Source of the DNA: Anthoceros angustus
Lineage: Eukaryota; Plantae; Anthocerotophyta
Length of the DNA stretch: 64,000 nt
Assembly (NCBI GenBank): GCA_010909165.1
Contig: VJWM01000317.1
Coordinates: 13,304 to 77,303, forward strand
Direction of reading: 5' to 3'
Every line of letters starts with the position of its first letter. Position 1 is the stretch's first letter. The translations under genes and the position numbers were made by a program. Below are positions 11,225 to 25,529 of the stretch, one piece after another. The notes beneath the pieces were generated by a model. It was not told the DNA's origin, did no database searches, and was given only the letters and a program-made list of their open reading frames with translations.

Positions 11225-14200
11225 GAGCACCTCCTTTAGCGCAAAGCACCAAGCACCCCCTGTCCCTCTCCCGGCGTAAGTACACAATGTTAAAGGGATG
11301 CTTGGAATCATCCAACTCCTTACTTGTGAGTAGCCTCTACTTCCCACAAATGCACTAGATAAGTGCTAAGATATACCTTGACCTTCTTCATCCGACGTTG
11401 GGTTTCGCAACTTTTCCTGGTAGGTGTATGCTTCATACATGATGAGCCCCAATCCGCTCCTTGAGTGATCTTCCATAGAAAATGGAGGAAGGTAGTGCTG
11501 AAATATGACACCTTGGATTGCTCACCAAGCCCAAAACAATTCTTGTGAACAATCTCCACTTGGGCTCCAAGATTTGGTCCGTCCAACCATTCTTGGACTT
11601 AGCCTTCATGCCCCTTGCATAAGTGTAAGGGCTCCTTGGGAAGATCCGCCGTTGATGCACGCTTGCCTCCTCGTTCCTTCCATCAAGCGTGATTCCGCTA
11701 TCCTCGCTATCCACCGCCATATGGCGTATGCTCCTTACATCCAACACCGTGGATCCGTCTGTGCTTTATCCTGCGGCCAATTCCTCTTCCTGCTGCAAAT
11801 TAGCAAAACACTCTATCAATTCAAGGTTGGTGGACCGTCGCCATACACCCACTCTAGCTGAATATTCTCCTCTGCTGCCCAAGGTCGAAAGTCGAAAGGT
11901 CTCTAGAGGATGGCCCGCATAGCACGTAAAAGGGCATGTCAAATTTCCACCCTCCGGTCTGATCCTCCTTAGACCTCTTGCCCGCCCTCGCCTCCTTGGA
12001 CGCTCCTTCGGCTACTACCTCCTTGCCCTTGGTCATGGTAGGCTTGGTCATGGCCTCCTTGGTTAGTACTTGCAGAAATTGAAGAAAAAGTGATGCCTCC
12101 TGCACCCCTGCAGCCCTGCCATTTTCTTATCCTTGCAAACGTTTCTCCTCCTCCTCGGTGATTTGCTCTTGCTCACAGCTCAAAGGTCCTTGCCTTGCTC
12201 TCCTCCTCAGTCCTTACACCTTGGCGTCCCTAAACCCCGATTTCTCCTGCAGAGAAAGCTCAATAAAATTCTCGACTCTTACACCGCCAGCAATTTAGGA
12301 GCCCTTCCTTCACGGTTTCCTAGCAATCTTGCCACGCTCCACCCTCCTAGGCACCCTCACGAGCTTGGTGTTGGGTTGCGCCCCAACCTTCTTCTCCCTT
12401 CTCTTCTTTTCCTCCTTCTTCCTCTCTTGGGCGCCGGATTTCGCCTCCTTGCTGAGCTTGCGCCCTCCTTCTCCTCCTCAACACAGGGGCGGTGGGCGTG
12501 CTGTATGGGGCCTTGGGCAGCTTGAGGTGTGGCGGCGCCTTCCCGCCGTGAGGCCGCCTCTCTTCTCGAGTGGCCTCGCAGCACCGCACCACTTTTATAA
12601 GTCACCCAAGGGTTAGAAAAAGTAACTACCATTCTATCCTGCCCTTGGATGTGTGCCACGTGGCCCTCTCCCACCATTGATGTTAGTTTCCTAATTTCCT
12701 TATACTAAAATACCATTTCCCTATTTTCTAATTTCTAATCTGAAAATTAGCCTCTAATTTCTTAATTACCTATTTTGGCCTATTTATCTAGTCCACTAAA
12801 AGACTCTATATATAGCAAGCCTATCCTGCCTAAAACATAAGCTACTTCCTGAAACTCTCCCACCGTAGGACATCCTCCTACCATGGTAGGCGTTTTCCCT
12901 TTCTCCTACCACGGTAGGAGTTTCTCCTACCACTCATGTAGGTTACCTTTCTCCTCCTCCTCCTCGGTGGTAGGAGCTATTCCTAGGGTGATCAAAACAC
13001 TAGCGGTCATCCTCCTACCACGGTAGGATCTCCTACCCTCGTCTACCATGGTAGGAGTTTCTCCTACGGTGGTAGGACACCTCCTACCACTCATGTAGGT
13101 TACCTTTCTCCTCACCAGGTCGTTTTGACCCGTTTCTTTTCCTGCATATCCTCTGCCTTCCGACATGGTCCTACAACTCCCGCTCAAAAGGAGCAAAAAT
13201 TTCCTTGCATGTCTTCACCAAACCATTTCTAGCAAAGAGTGTGGGCTGTTTCAAACGAACTCATTTAAGCTTGTTGCCCAAACTTTTGCGTTCCACATAC
13301 TCCCTCCTCACTGTTTGCGTCCTCGCAAAACAGATACTGGCTGGTACTTAACCTTCCACCCATTCACTCTAGTTGGCGGCAAATCCCCATCCGGCCTGCG
13401 TGGTTGCGGATCCATTCTCATACCGCCACCACCTCATAAGGTCCCATCCATCTCAACCTAAGCTTCAGGAAGTCCATATACGGCTATCATATAGAAGAAC
13501 CAAATCCCGGCCATGATAGCTTCTTGCTTCCTCAACTTCCCATCATGCCTATCCTTTCTAAGCTCATTCAGTTTCTTCTAAAGCATCTTCCCTACGTTCC
13601 TCATGCTCTATGAAAGACTCTAGTCTAACTTCCCACTATCTCCATGCGCTCATCCTCCATGATTCTATAGGTAGGTACTTCAAATTCAATGGAGACATGC
13701 CATATGTTAAATAATAAGGAGTCACTTTCTCCGCTGTCCTCAAGCCCATAATGCTCTGATCTAAGATCTTCTTCACCGTGATTTACAATAATGGCCTCCA
13801 ACCTCTTACGCATGCAAAGCTTCTTTAAGAAGAGAAGCTTCCTTCCCTTCAAACAACGTCGGATCTTCTCATCCAAACCAAGCTTGTATAAGACCCCATC
13901 TCTTAGACAATAAGGCACAGCTCTAGGGAGAAAGACAGCACGCCCTTCCCTAGACAAACTATCCAACATGATTCCGTGCTCCAAGAAATTTCATACCTCA
14001 CCATTCAATAACGTGGACATGGGAGTCCTTCACGTTCTAATCTCCTCCTTCCACGCATACCACGTCGCCTCCTGCTAGCTCGCCCACCAGCAGCCCAGGC
14101 GTTGTTCCATCCACAAATCCAGTTTCTCCCGCTTTGTCCATCGCAAGTTTTGAGCTGCGGTTTGCATGCTCCTCCTCCAACAATGTTCGGATTTCTTCCA

Positions 14201-17200
14201 TTCCTGCTAGTCTAGCCTCGTGTCCAGGTCCAGCTCTTGCTCCCATGGCGACCTCCTTGCCTGTTTGCACCTCCATGGCCACCTCATGAGTGATTTCCCA
14301 TGAATCTGCCATTTTCTTCTCCTGCCGTTTTGCTCAAGCTTCTCATGGGATGCATCTCCTTCCTCGCCCTCTGGCGCACCTACCTCCCTAGGGCCTCTCC
14401 TCCTCGCCCCATGGCGCCTGGCGACCTGCCAAGTGGGCGCCTTTTCTTTGCTTGCGACGCTCCCATATCCGCTTCTTTCTTTTGCCAACGTCTGGCCTCC
14501 ACTTGCAGCCCTCCTGACTGCTCACCCTTGAGGAGCATTCCAGCCTCCTCCTCGCGCCCATACTGGCGCCCTTTTATCCCCTCTCGGATTTCCAGATTGT
14601 CCTGCTGCAGCCTTTCCTGCACAACGCTCCCTTCTTGCTCATTTGACCTCTCTGCTGGCAGCAAGGCTTGCTGATCAATCCTTAGGCCGTCTACAACATG
14701 CTCACGTCCTCCCCCTTCAACCCAGGCCGTGGCAACCAACTCCTCGTCAGAAAATCGGTCATCTGTGGCCTCAAGTCGCTCTCCGCCAAAAAATGAAACC
14801 CGCATTCTCATGCTCTTCCCGCACCTTCTTAAACTCTACCATCTCCTCTACACTTAGAAATCTTCACCACCTTACCACATTCTAGCTCTAATTTTTCTAT
14901 AGGACATGGATCTACATGTGTTCCCTCTAACTCCTTCCTACAGTGTTTCCCGAACATTTATCAAGAAAGTTCATATCATAGGCCTTGCTTTTGCAGAAGG
15001 CTACATCCTTCTGGCGGCCGTGGTGGTACTCTCTCCTCTATGTAATCATACAAAGACTCCCTCCTCTTCCTTTGCAGAGTCCTCAACCGGACCAACGTGT
15101 GATGTGCATAGCTTAAGCCACAAAACCGGTCCAAAGATACAGCTCTCAAATCATCCCAATCCAATGGTGATGCAGCTCCATACGTGTGACTATACCACTG
15201 CTGGCCATGACCTCAAGTACTCTAGGAAAATTTGGAGACAATCCACGAGGCTTCCAAATTCGCATGAGTCACATGTTCAAAAGTTTGCACAAAAGCCTCA
15301 ACATCTTCACCTCGTTGCTTCTCCCCAAATCTCACATATGCTGGTAGCTGGGGTGACTTCCACCACCTCCACTTCCTCCACTCATGGTTGAGGCGTCCAC
15401 AAAAGCGTGGGCACACCTCCCAAGAAACTCCGCACATCGGTAATAAACAATGCCGCTGCAAGCGGGATGTACTATACACAGACTTGGGCACACAAGCGCC
15501 TCGATCCTCTTAACAAGCAAGGTTGAAAGGCAGCAAGATGGGCAATAATTGATCAAGACCTTGCAAAAGCTCACCATTAGATCTCGTACCCCAACTTCTC
15601 CGCCAAATCTCACCCTCTTGCCTTCCTCCTCTTACGACGACCAACTCGAGCTAGAAGAGCTCAACAATCCACGAAAAATCCTCCTCTTGCAAGAACGGAA
15701 GATGTACCTTGAAATTATTAACTGGCTCGGTTCTTGACCCTCACCCTTGATCGGCAACTCCTCGGCAACAACCTCCTTCCTCTCGCTGTCCGTGAGCACA
15801 ACCTCCTCTTGCTCTTAGACAACTACCTCTTCTTCCTCAACGGAACCCTTGAAGATGTTAGCACATGTAGCTTCCTCCAAGAGCTCTCTCCTCCACTTCT
15901 TCCTTTGCACAGCAGCAACTAAGCTTTCTTCACACATGATTTCTCCATTCAGTTCACAAATCCCTTGCAGACAAAGGCGGGGTGATCTCCTCTCAACTCC
16001 TACACGAAATTACTTCCTCCCTCCCCGACTAGACTTACGCACGCTCACACCCCTCAACACACAACTATCCAAAACAGCAAATCCCTCCTACTCTGTTCCA
16101 CTCATGTTGCTTGGTCCGGATGAGCTAGGCGAACTCACACTCCCTTCCTCTCCTGCAGTAAATTCTCCAACCAAAGTTCTCTGGAGAAAGGGTGTCCTGC
16201 AAAAAGATTGGGGACTTGTGGGATGGTGTCTCCCTAGGTGTGCGTCCCAAGGCGTGAGCTGAGCGGTGATTCTATCAAGCGCTCCGCAAGATCTTGACCA
16301 CAGAAATTCTCGCACCCACCTTCTTCACTGCTTGGAAGTTGAGCTAGATCCACCACTCGAAGGTCCAGCGTTGAGAAGGCCCAGCTGGTAGCTGAACTTG
16401 AATCGTGCTCGAAGCGGTGCTTCCTCCTCGCTTTCCTCTTCACATACCAACTCTTCTTCAACCACCTCCTTTGTTTGTCGGTGATTTTGGCGTCCCTTCT
16501 CCGGCGCCTGATCACTTGGCTCCCCTTGTAGGCAAGGGCAAAACGGCCTCCTCAAGCGCCCTTAGCTCTTCCTCCTCCTGGAGCCGCGTGCAACCACCGC
16601 GTTTTCCTCCCTCCATTGATTTCTTCTTGCAGCTCTTAGATCTCTTGCGATGTGGTGGGGTGACCTCCTATGGTTTTCTCCTCTCCCTCCCTCTGCTAGA
16701 CATGCAAGCATCCTCATAGCCTCCAAAACACGGTTGTTAAAGAAAAATCAGCCAACCGCCATGCGCCATTCTTGCTGCGAACACAAAATCACACCATTCG
16801 GAGGCGTGGAGCTCCTCCTTCACAACGCACAGGTTCCAGGACGTGTAGGCCTCTTCCTAGACCCCGCTCCACCTCCTTACAAGATCTCTCAGCTCATCCA
16901 AGCTAGCAACGAAAATCTCAAAATTTCATTTACCACAAGTCCCGCAACGGCGCCAAAAATGTGGGAGGAAAACCCGGGGCACTCCCAGATTCCCCTCTAG
17001 CGGCCACACTTATCCCACTGTCGTGACGTTGGGTTTCGTCCCATGAGACTTGGGGAACTGATCTTGAGAAATCCGTCACTACTACCTACACACTACCTCA
17101 GCCTTCTAAACAAGCAAGGCGCCCTCTCACGCTCCCTCTACAGCAGCTCGCCGCCTGCATCGCTGTAAACTCACCAAACCTCAACCTACAACGACACCAC

Positions 17201-20200
17201 ACAATTGCAGTTCGTCTTAACGGGTGTCTATCACGGGCGCCGGGGACCCCGACCCACACCGCAACCGTCCCTACTCCTAAGACACTCTTCTCCACACAGG
17301 GAGCGCCCTCTTACTTGCAGTTGGGATTCGTCCCTTAGGCTCACATGGCCTTAGTTTTCCTACACTCTAATCCTCCTCACAACTCTCTCAATCAACAACG
17401 CCCTCTTCTTCTCTACTCATCTACCCTTCCTTCCTCCACAATCTCCTACTCTAACACCAATTGCTGGCTCATTAATTCCAACTCGCCCTTACGCTGGCAC
17501 AGGGTCCGTCCGAATTAACGAGTTCTTCCTTGGGCGGTTGCTATGTGGTTTGCAGATAATGAGAACCTCCAGGAGTCTTTCCCTGCGTCTACCCTCAAGC
17601 CGAGAGTTCCTTGAGCATCGCCACACACTCAAAGCAAAACAATTCACACAACCATTCACAAGGGGAGCGCTAGTGGGCGCTGCAAAGAGCAAGCCCTCCA
17701 CCCGGCCTCACCGCGTTCTCCTCTCTACCGACGTTGGCTTGCGGGCACGAAATTCTGCACAAAGTGAAGGACTCGGGAGGATGGGAGCGCAAGACACGAT
17801 AATTTTACTTCACAAGCTCCTCCTTTTATAGGGAGGTCCTCACCTCTCCCGCCCTCCGCACCGCCTTACTCCTTATTTTAGTGTATCTCATTTTTAAGTT
17901 CGACATCCAAGCATCTTGGGTAAAATTCTATTCTAGCAAATTCACCTATGTGAGCCTTAATGGCTCTGTCAACATTCCTATCTAGCTAGTCAACACACTC
18001 TCCACAAGCACAATGCCCTCCTCTAAAGAAAAGTCTTCCCAAGTGGCATCTTGCCCCATGTCTTCAAGCTAATTTAAGGACTTCTTATGAATCCCTTCCT
18101 TATCTTGATGCCTATCTTGAGTTCCTTCCTCCAATAAAATAGCCGGGCTCTCTTAGCCACCGGCTCATCCTCGACTTCTCCTCTTCCTCTCACTTGTGGA
18201 GCAAGTGAGCTCCTTCTGCACCCATGTTAGGAGGTTGGTCTTCTCCTTGTGATTCTTGCTCCATTCTGCAAGATCAACCCCTCTTCCTTCTTTCTGCAAG
18301 GGCCAAGGTACTCGCCTCCCTTGCCGTCAAATCCATGCTAGCGACCTTTGAATCCGCTTCTTCCGGCCCTCCTACCATGGTAGGACCTTCTCCTACAGGA
18401 GTCCCTCCTACCACGGTAGGAGTTCCTACGGGGTCTTCTTCCTTACCCCTTCACAGGGTGATTCTCTCCACTGTGAAGCCCCGCTTCACTTGCTTCTCCT
18501 GGTGCGTTTCTTCACCTGTTGCTTGGGACACTCTCCAAGTCTAAGGCTTCGGTTGGACTTGCATGAGGGCCTCCCTATCATCGTCATGAGGTCCCAACAT
18601 CCTCCTCTCGAAGTCGCAACAACTCGTTAGTGGCCTTGAGCACCTTGTTGTGAAGATGGGCTGCAAATCGTTGTTGTGCCATCTCCAATTCTTCATAATC
18701 CTCAAGCCATACTCCATGCTCACACTTGCTTTTGTAAGCATCTCGCTCCAAGGCCAGCTCACCAGTCTCGACATGGAGAGCCACATTCTCCGTCCTCTCA
18801 CTCTGCACTTGGCGGATCAATCTCTCTTGTAGGGCATAATCAGCCCGAAATCTCTGCTCCCTCACCGCCAACATATGCTGCACCACCGCCTCATGACGGC
18901 CTTTCTCCTTTGCCATTTCTTCCTCCAACTCCCCTATCCTCCTAGGGAGTTGTGCATTCCCGTGCTGGACTTCTCGTTCCATTTCCAATCTTTGGACAAA
19001 ATGTGTCCGTTCTTCCAGCTCTTCTTCCTTCAATTCCAGCCGCGGATTTCTCCAGCTCCTTTTCCATGTCACTAATCTTCACACTGTGGCTATGACCCGC
19101 TCATGTGCGCCTACTTGCCTTGTCTGCCCTCATTTGCGCAGATTGCTCTCGTCTTGACCTTTCCTCCATTAGCAGCACTTGCTTGTCTTCCGCCTTCTTT
19201 TCCATGTGCGCACCATGTGAGCAAGTTGCTCCACCTTCTCCTCTCGAGCTGCCAATTGCTTGGTAAGAGCCTTGTTCTCCGAATATGATTGTTTGCCTCC
19301 TGTAGCCTTGTTTCAAGACTCTTTTCCAAGTGCTCCACTTGAGCTTCCATCCTCATAACATCCTCCGCACTGGGTTTCCGCCACCGCAATTTCCCTTGCT
19401 TGGTAGGTCCTTGTCTTCTCGCCTCCGTCTTCAAGAATTCAACTCTCCTCTTGGCGGCTCCATCTACCTTGCTGAACATCTCCCCTATGCGCAGCATCTC
19501 CTCCAACATGTCTAAGTCTCCTTTCTTACCTCCGGAGACTCAAGGCCTTTGCCTTGCTCATGGGATCTTACATCCCTTGCTTCCCTATGATGAGCTCCCG
19601 CTCATCACTTGGTGGGGCAACTCCCACCGTGACTCCATCCGCTCGCCCACCTAGCAGGGCCGGTTGCCTTCTTATCTCCCGCTTGGGAGCTTCCAAACCG
19701 TGACTTCCTTTCCCTCCTACCGTGGTAGGAGGTGCTCCAAGGACTACTTCCTACCGTGGTAGGACTAATTCCCCCACTGTAGGCCTTGTCATGAGAGGAC
19801 GAAGGGGTCCCAAACCACTGGGGAACACCTCCCACCGCAGGCGGGATTCACGCCATGGTAGGATCTATCCTACCTTCCATCTCCGCATCCTCCGCGGTCC
19901 AAACTTCAAATCCCCTACAACTTCTCCTTGCAAGTCCTCCGCACATCCTCGGCCTATCTTTGGAGGATTCCTTCCGCAATAATGTCCTGTGGTGCCGCGG
20001 CACCTCCTTTAGCAAAGCACCAAGCACTCCTGTCCCTCTCCGGCCGTAAGTACACAATGTTAAAGGGATGCTTGGAATCATCCAACTCCTTACTTGTGAG
20101 TAGCCCTCTACTTCCCACAAATGCACTAGATAAGTGCTAAGATAGCTGACTGTTCTTCATCCGACGCGTTGGGTTTCACAACTTCTCCGTGGTAGGTGTA

Positions 20201-22095
20201 TGCTTCATACATGATGAGCCCCAATCCGGCTTCGCTCCTTGAGTGATCTTCCATAGAAAATGGAGGAAGGTAGTGCTGAAATATGACACCTTGGATTGCT
20301 CACCAAGCCCAAAACAATTCTTGTGAACAATCTCCACTTGGGCTCCAAGATTTGGTCCGTCTGCCAACCATTCTTGACTTAGCCTTCATGCCCCTTGCAT
20401 AAGTGTAAGGGCTCCTTGGGAAGATCCGCCGTTGATGCACGCTTGCCTCCGCTCGTTCCTTCCATCAACGTGATTCCGCTATCCTCGCTATCCGGCCGCC
20501 ATATACAGCGTATGCTCCTTCTCCAACACCGTGGATCCGTCCGTGCGTTTCTATCCGGTAAGGCGCCACCTCTTCCTCTGCTGCATTAGCAAAACACTCT
20601 CTATCAATTCAAGGTTGGTGTAAGACCAATGTCGCCCATACACCCACTCTAGCTGAATATTCTCCTCTGCTGCCCAAGGTCGAAAGTCGAAAGGTCTCTA
20701 GAGGATAGCTGGCCTGCATAGCACGTAAATAAGGGCATGTCAAATTTCCACCCTCCGGTCCGATCCTCCGCCTTAGACCTCTTGCCGCTCTGCGCCACCT
20801 CCTTGGTGGACGCTCCTTCCTTAGCTACTACCTCCTTGCCCTTGGTCATGGTAGGCTTGGTCATGGCCTCCTTGGTTAGTACTTGCACGAAATTGAAGAA
20901 AAGTGATGCCTCCGCAATTCGCACTGCCTTCTTATCCTTGCAAACGTTTCTCCTCCTCGTGATTTGCTCTTGCTCACAGCTCAAAGGTCCTTGCCCTTGC
21001 TCTCCTCCTCAGTCCTTACACCTTGGCGTCCCAAAACCCCGATTTCTCCTGCAAGAGAAAGCTCAACAAAATTCCCCACGGACTCTTACACCGTGCAATT
21101 TAGGAGCCCTTCTGCACGGTTTCCTAGCAATCTTGCCACGCTCCACCCTCCTAGGCACCCTCACGAGCTTGGCAAGTGTTGGGTTGCGCCCAACCTTCTT
21201 CTCCCTTCTCTTCTTCTCTTTTCCTCCTTCTTCCTCTCTTGGGCGCTGGGATTTCCTCCTTGCTGAGCTTGCGCCCTCCTTCTCCTCAACTGGCGGCGGT
21301 GGGTGCTGGGGCCTTGGGCAGCTTGAGGTGTGGCGGCGCCTTCTGCTGTGAGGCCGCCTCAAGTTCGAGTTGTGGCCTCCTGCGGGCACTGCGCACTTTT
21401 ATAAGTCACCCAAGGGTTAGAAAAGTACCACATTCTATCCTGCCCTTGGATGTGTGCCACGTGGCCCCTCTCCCACCATTGATGTTAGTTTCCTAATTTC
21501 CTTATACTAAAATACTATTTCCCTATTTTTCTAATTTCTAATTACTGAAAATTAGCCTCTAATTTCTTAATTACCTATTTTGGCCTATTTATCTAGTCCA
21601 CTAAAAGACTCTATATATAGCAAGCCTATCCTGCCTAAAACATAAGCTACTTTCCTTAGAAACCTATCTCCTGGTAGGACATCCTCCTACCATGGTAGGC
21701 GTTTTCCCTTTCTCCTACCACGGTAGGAGTTTCTCCTACGGTAGGATACCTTCCTACCCTCTCCTACCATGGTAGGAGCTATTCACACCGGTAGGTGATC
21801 AAAACACTAGCGGGTCATCCTCTACGGTGGTAGGATCTCTCCTACCCTCGTCACCATGGTAGGAGTTTCTCCTACGGTGGTAGGACACCTCCTACCACTC
21901 ATGTAGGTTACCTTTCTCCTCACCAGAGGTCGTTTTGACCCGCTTTTTCCTGCATATCCTCTGCCTTCCGACATGGTCCTACAACTCCGCTCAAAAGGAG
22001 CAAAAATTTCCTTGCATGTCTTCACCAAACCATTTCTAGCAAAGAGTGGGCTGTTTCAAAGCGAACTCATTTAAGCTAGTTGCCCAAACTTTTAT
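11225..22095 (-). mobile_element. Two family A copies in tandem on - strand sharing one LTR (16960-~18015)
   Basis: Read on -: INT end (22095), array, AT-rich block, extra ORF (21100-18541), PPT (~18017-18035), LTR, PBS (16955-16940), gag, partly deleted INT, array, extra ORF (to 11225). Confidence 0.8.
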
Positions 22096-22096
22096 G

Positions 22097-25000
22097 CTCG
22101 GGGCATGAAGGCTAAATCCAAGAACGTGGCGTGACGGACCAAATCTTGGAGCCCAAGTGGAGATTGTTCACAAGAATTGTTTTGGGCACGTGAGCAATCC
22201 AAGGGTGTCATATTTCAGCACTACCTTCCTCCATTTTCTATGGAAGATCACTCAAGGAGCGGCCGGATTGGGGCTCATCATGTATGAAGCATACACCTAC
22301 CACCAAAAAGTTGTCAAACCCAACGTCGGATGAAGGTAGTCCACGGCCGTGCTATCTTAGCACCTATCTAGTGCATTTGTGGGAAGTAGAGGGCTACTCA
22401 CAAGTAAGGAGTTGGATGATTCCAAGCATCCCTTTAACATTGTGTACTTAGGAGAGGGACAGGAGTGCTTGGTGCTTTGCGCTAAAGGAGGTGCCGCAGA
22501 CCACCGACATTATTGCCGGAAGGAATCCTCCAAAGATAGGCCGAGGATGTGCAGGAGGACTTGCAAGGAGAAGTTGTAGGGGATTTGAAGTTTGGACCAA
22601 GGAGATGGAGATGGAAGGTAGGATAGATCCTACCATGGTGAATCCCGCAGGGTGGGAGGTGTTCCCACGGTGGTTTGGGACCCCTTCGCCTCCTCATGAC
22701 AAGGCCTACAGAATTAGTCCTACCACGGTAGGAAGTAGTCCACTAGAGCACCTCCTACCACGGTAGGAGGAAAGGAAGTCACGGTTTGGAAGCTCCCAAG
22801 CGAGATAAGAAGGCAACCGCCCTGCTAGGTGGGCGAGCGGATGGAGTCACGGTGGGAGGAGTTACCAAGTGATGAGCGGGGAGCTCATCATAGGGAAGCA
22901 AGGGATGTAAGATCCCATGAGCAAGGCAAAGGCCTTGAGTCTCCCGGAGGTAAGAAAGGAGACTTAGACATGTTGGAGGAGATGCTGCGCATAGGGGAGA
23001 TGTTCAGCAAGGTAGACATAGGAGCCGCCAAGAGGAGAGTTGAATTCTTGAAGACGGAGGCGGAGAAGACAAGGACCTACCAAGCAAGGGAAATTGCGGG
23101 TAGGCGAGCGGAAACCCAACAGGAGGATGTTATGAGGATGGAAGCTCAAGTGGAGCACTTGGAAAAGAGTCTTGAAACAAGGCCAGGAGGCAAACAATCA
23201 TATTCGGAGAACAAGGCTCTTACCAAGCAATTGGCAGCTCGAGAGGAGAAGGTGGAGCAACTTGCTCACATGGTGCGCATGGGAAAAGAAGGAAGACAAG
23301 CAAGTGCTGCTAATGGAGGAAAGGTCAAGACGAGAGCAATCTGCAAAGAAATGAGGGCAAAGACAAAGGCAAGTAGGCGCACATGAGCGGGTCATAGCCA
23401 CAGTGGTGAAGATTAGTGACATGGAAAAGGAGCTGGGAGAATCACGAGGTCGGAATTGAAGGAAGAAGAGCTGGAAGAACGGACACATTTTGTCCAAAGA
23501 TTGGAAATGGAACGAGAAGTCCAAAGAACAGAGTGCACAACTCCCTAGGAGGATAGGGGAGTTGGAGGAAGAAATGGCAAAGGAGAAAGGCCGTCATGAG
23601 GCGGTGGTGCGACATATGTTGGCGTGAGGGAGCGTAGATTTCTGATTATGCCCTACAAGAGAGATTGATCCGCCAACCGTGTAATGAGAGGAGAGAATGT
23701 GGCTCCATGTCAAGACCGTGAGCTGGCCTTGGAGCGAGATGCTTACAAAAGCAAGTGTGAGCATGGAGTATGGCTTGAGGATTACGAAGAATTGGAGATG
23801 GCACAACAACGATTTGCAGCCCATCTTCACAACAAGGTGCTCAAGGCCACTAACGAGTTGTTGCGACTTGTCGAGAGGAGGATGTTGGGACCTCATGACG
23901 ATGATAGGGAGGCCCTCATGCAAGTCCAACGGAAGCCTTAGACTTGGAGAGTGTCCCAAGCAACAGTGGGTGGAGAAACTTCGCAGTGAGAAGGAAAGCG
24001 GGGAAGCTGCAGTGGAGAGAATCACCTGTGAAGGGGTAAGGAAGAAGAAACAAACCACTGTAGGAGGAGTTCCCACTGTGGTAGGAGGGACTCCTACTGC
24101 AGGAGGGACTCCTACCGTGGTAGGAGAAGGTCCTACCATGGTAGGAGGGCCGAAGAAGCTGATTCAAAGGTCGCCATGGATTTGACGGCAAGGGAGGCGA
24201 GTACCTTGGCCCTTGCAGGAAGAAGGAAGAGGGGTTGATCTTGCGAATGGAGCAAGAATCACAAGGAGAAGACCAACCTCCTAACATGGGTGAGTAAGGA
24301 GCTCACTTGCTCCACAAGTGAGAGGAAGAGGAGAAGTCGAGGATGAGCCAGGCTAAGAGAGCCCGGCTATTTTATTGGAGGAAGGAACTCAAGATAGGCA
24401 TCAAGATAAGGAAGGGATTCATAAGAAGTCCTTAAATTAGCTTGAAGACATGGGGCAAGATGCCACTTGGGAAGACTTTTCTTTAGAGGAGGATGTATTA
24501 ATGCTTGTCACCAAAGAGAGTGTGTTGACTAGCTAGATAGGAATGTTGACAGAGCCATTAAGGCTCACATAGGTGAATTTGCTAGAATAGAATTTTACCC
24601 AAGATGCTTGGATGTCGAACTTAAAGTCACAATAGGATACACTAAAATAAGGAGTGAGGCCGGAGGGCGCGCCAGGGGGAGGTCAGATGTGAGGACCTCC
24701 CTATAAAAGGAGGGAGCTTGTGAAGTAAAATTATCGTGTCTTGCGCCCCATCCTCCCGAGTCCTTCACTTTGTGCAGTGAATTTCTCGCAAGCCAACGCA
24801 GGTTCGGTAGAGAGGAGAACGCGCGGTCGGAGTGCGGAGGGCTTGCTTTTGCAGCGCGCCCTTGTGAATGGTCAGGTGAATTGTTTTGCTTTGAGTGTGT
24901 GGCGATGCTCAAGGAACTCTCGGCTTGAGGGTAGACTGCAGGAAAGACTCGGAGGTTCTCGTCTGCAAACCACATAGCAACCGCCCAAGGAAGAACTCGC

Positions 25001-25529
25001 ACTTCCTGACCCTGTGCAGAAGGCGAGTTGGAATTAATGAGCCAGAATTGGTGTTAGAGTAGGAGATTGTGGAGGAAGGAAGGGGTAGATGAGTAGAGAA
25101 GAAGAGGGCGTTGTTGATTGAGAGAGTGAGGAGGATTAGAGTGTAGGAAAAACTAAGGCCACAGTGCAGAGCCTAAGGGACGAATCCCAACTGCAAGTAA
25201 GAGGGCGCCCTGTGTGGAGAAGAGTGTCTTAGGAGTAGGGACGGTTATGTGTGGGTCGGGGTCCTGGCGCCCGTGATAGACACCTGTCATAAGACGAACT
25301 GCAATTGTGTGGTGTCACAGGTTGAGGTTTGGTGAGTTTACGGGCAAGACGGCGCAGTAGAGGGAGCGTGAGAGGCGCCTTGCTTGTTTAGAAGGCGAGG
25401 TAGTGTAGTCACAGGTGACGGATTTCAAGATTCGACTGCCCCCAAGTCTCATGGGACGAAACCCAACGACGAAACGATGGGATAAGTGTACGCTAGAGGG
25501 GGGGAATCTTGAGTGGCTTTTCCTCCACA
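22097..25529 (+). mobile_element. Family A 3' half on + strand with near-complete LTR (~24494-25529)
   Basis: Extra ORF pieces at 22100-23941; PPT AGAGGAGGA at ~24485; TATAAAA at 24702 inside the LTR; LTR ends TCCTCCACA. Confidence 0.85.
22100..23941 (+). pseudogene. Extra ORF of family A located between pol and the 3' LTR (env-like position); long C-terminal coiled coil
   Basis: Frameshifted segments: NGWxTDQILEP...FLWKITQGAKPDWGLIMYEAY, then EEMLRIGEMFSKVD..., MRMEAQVEHLEK, ELEERTHFVQRLEMERE, ELALERDAYKSKCEHG. Present in at least 5 partial copies. Confidence 0.7.
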
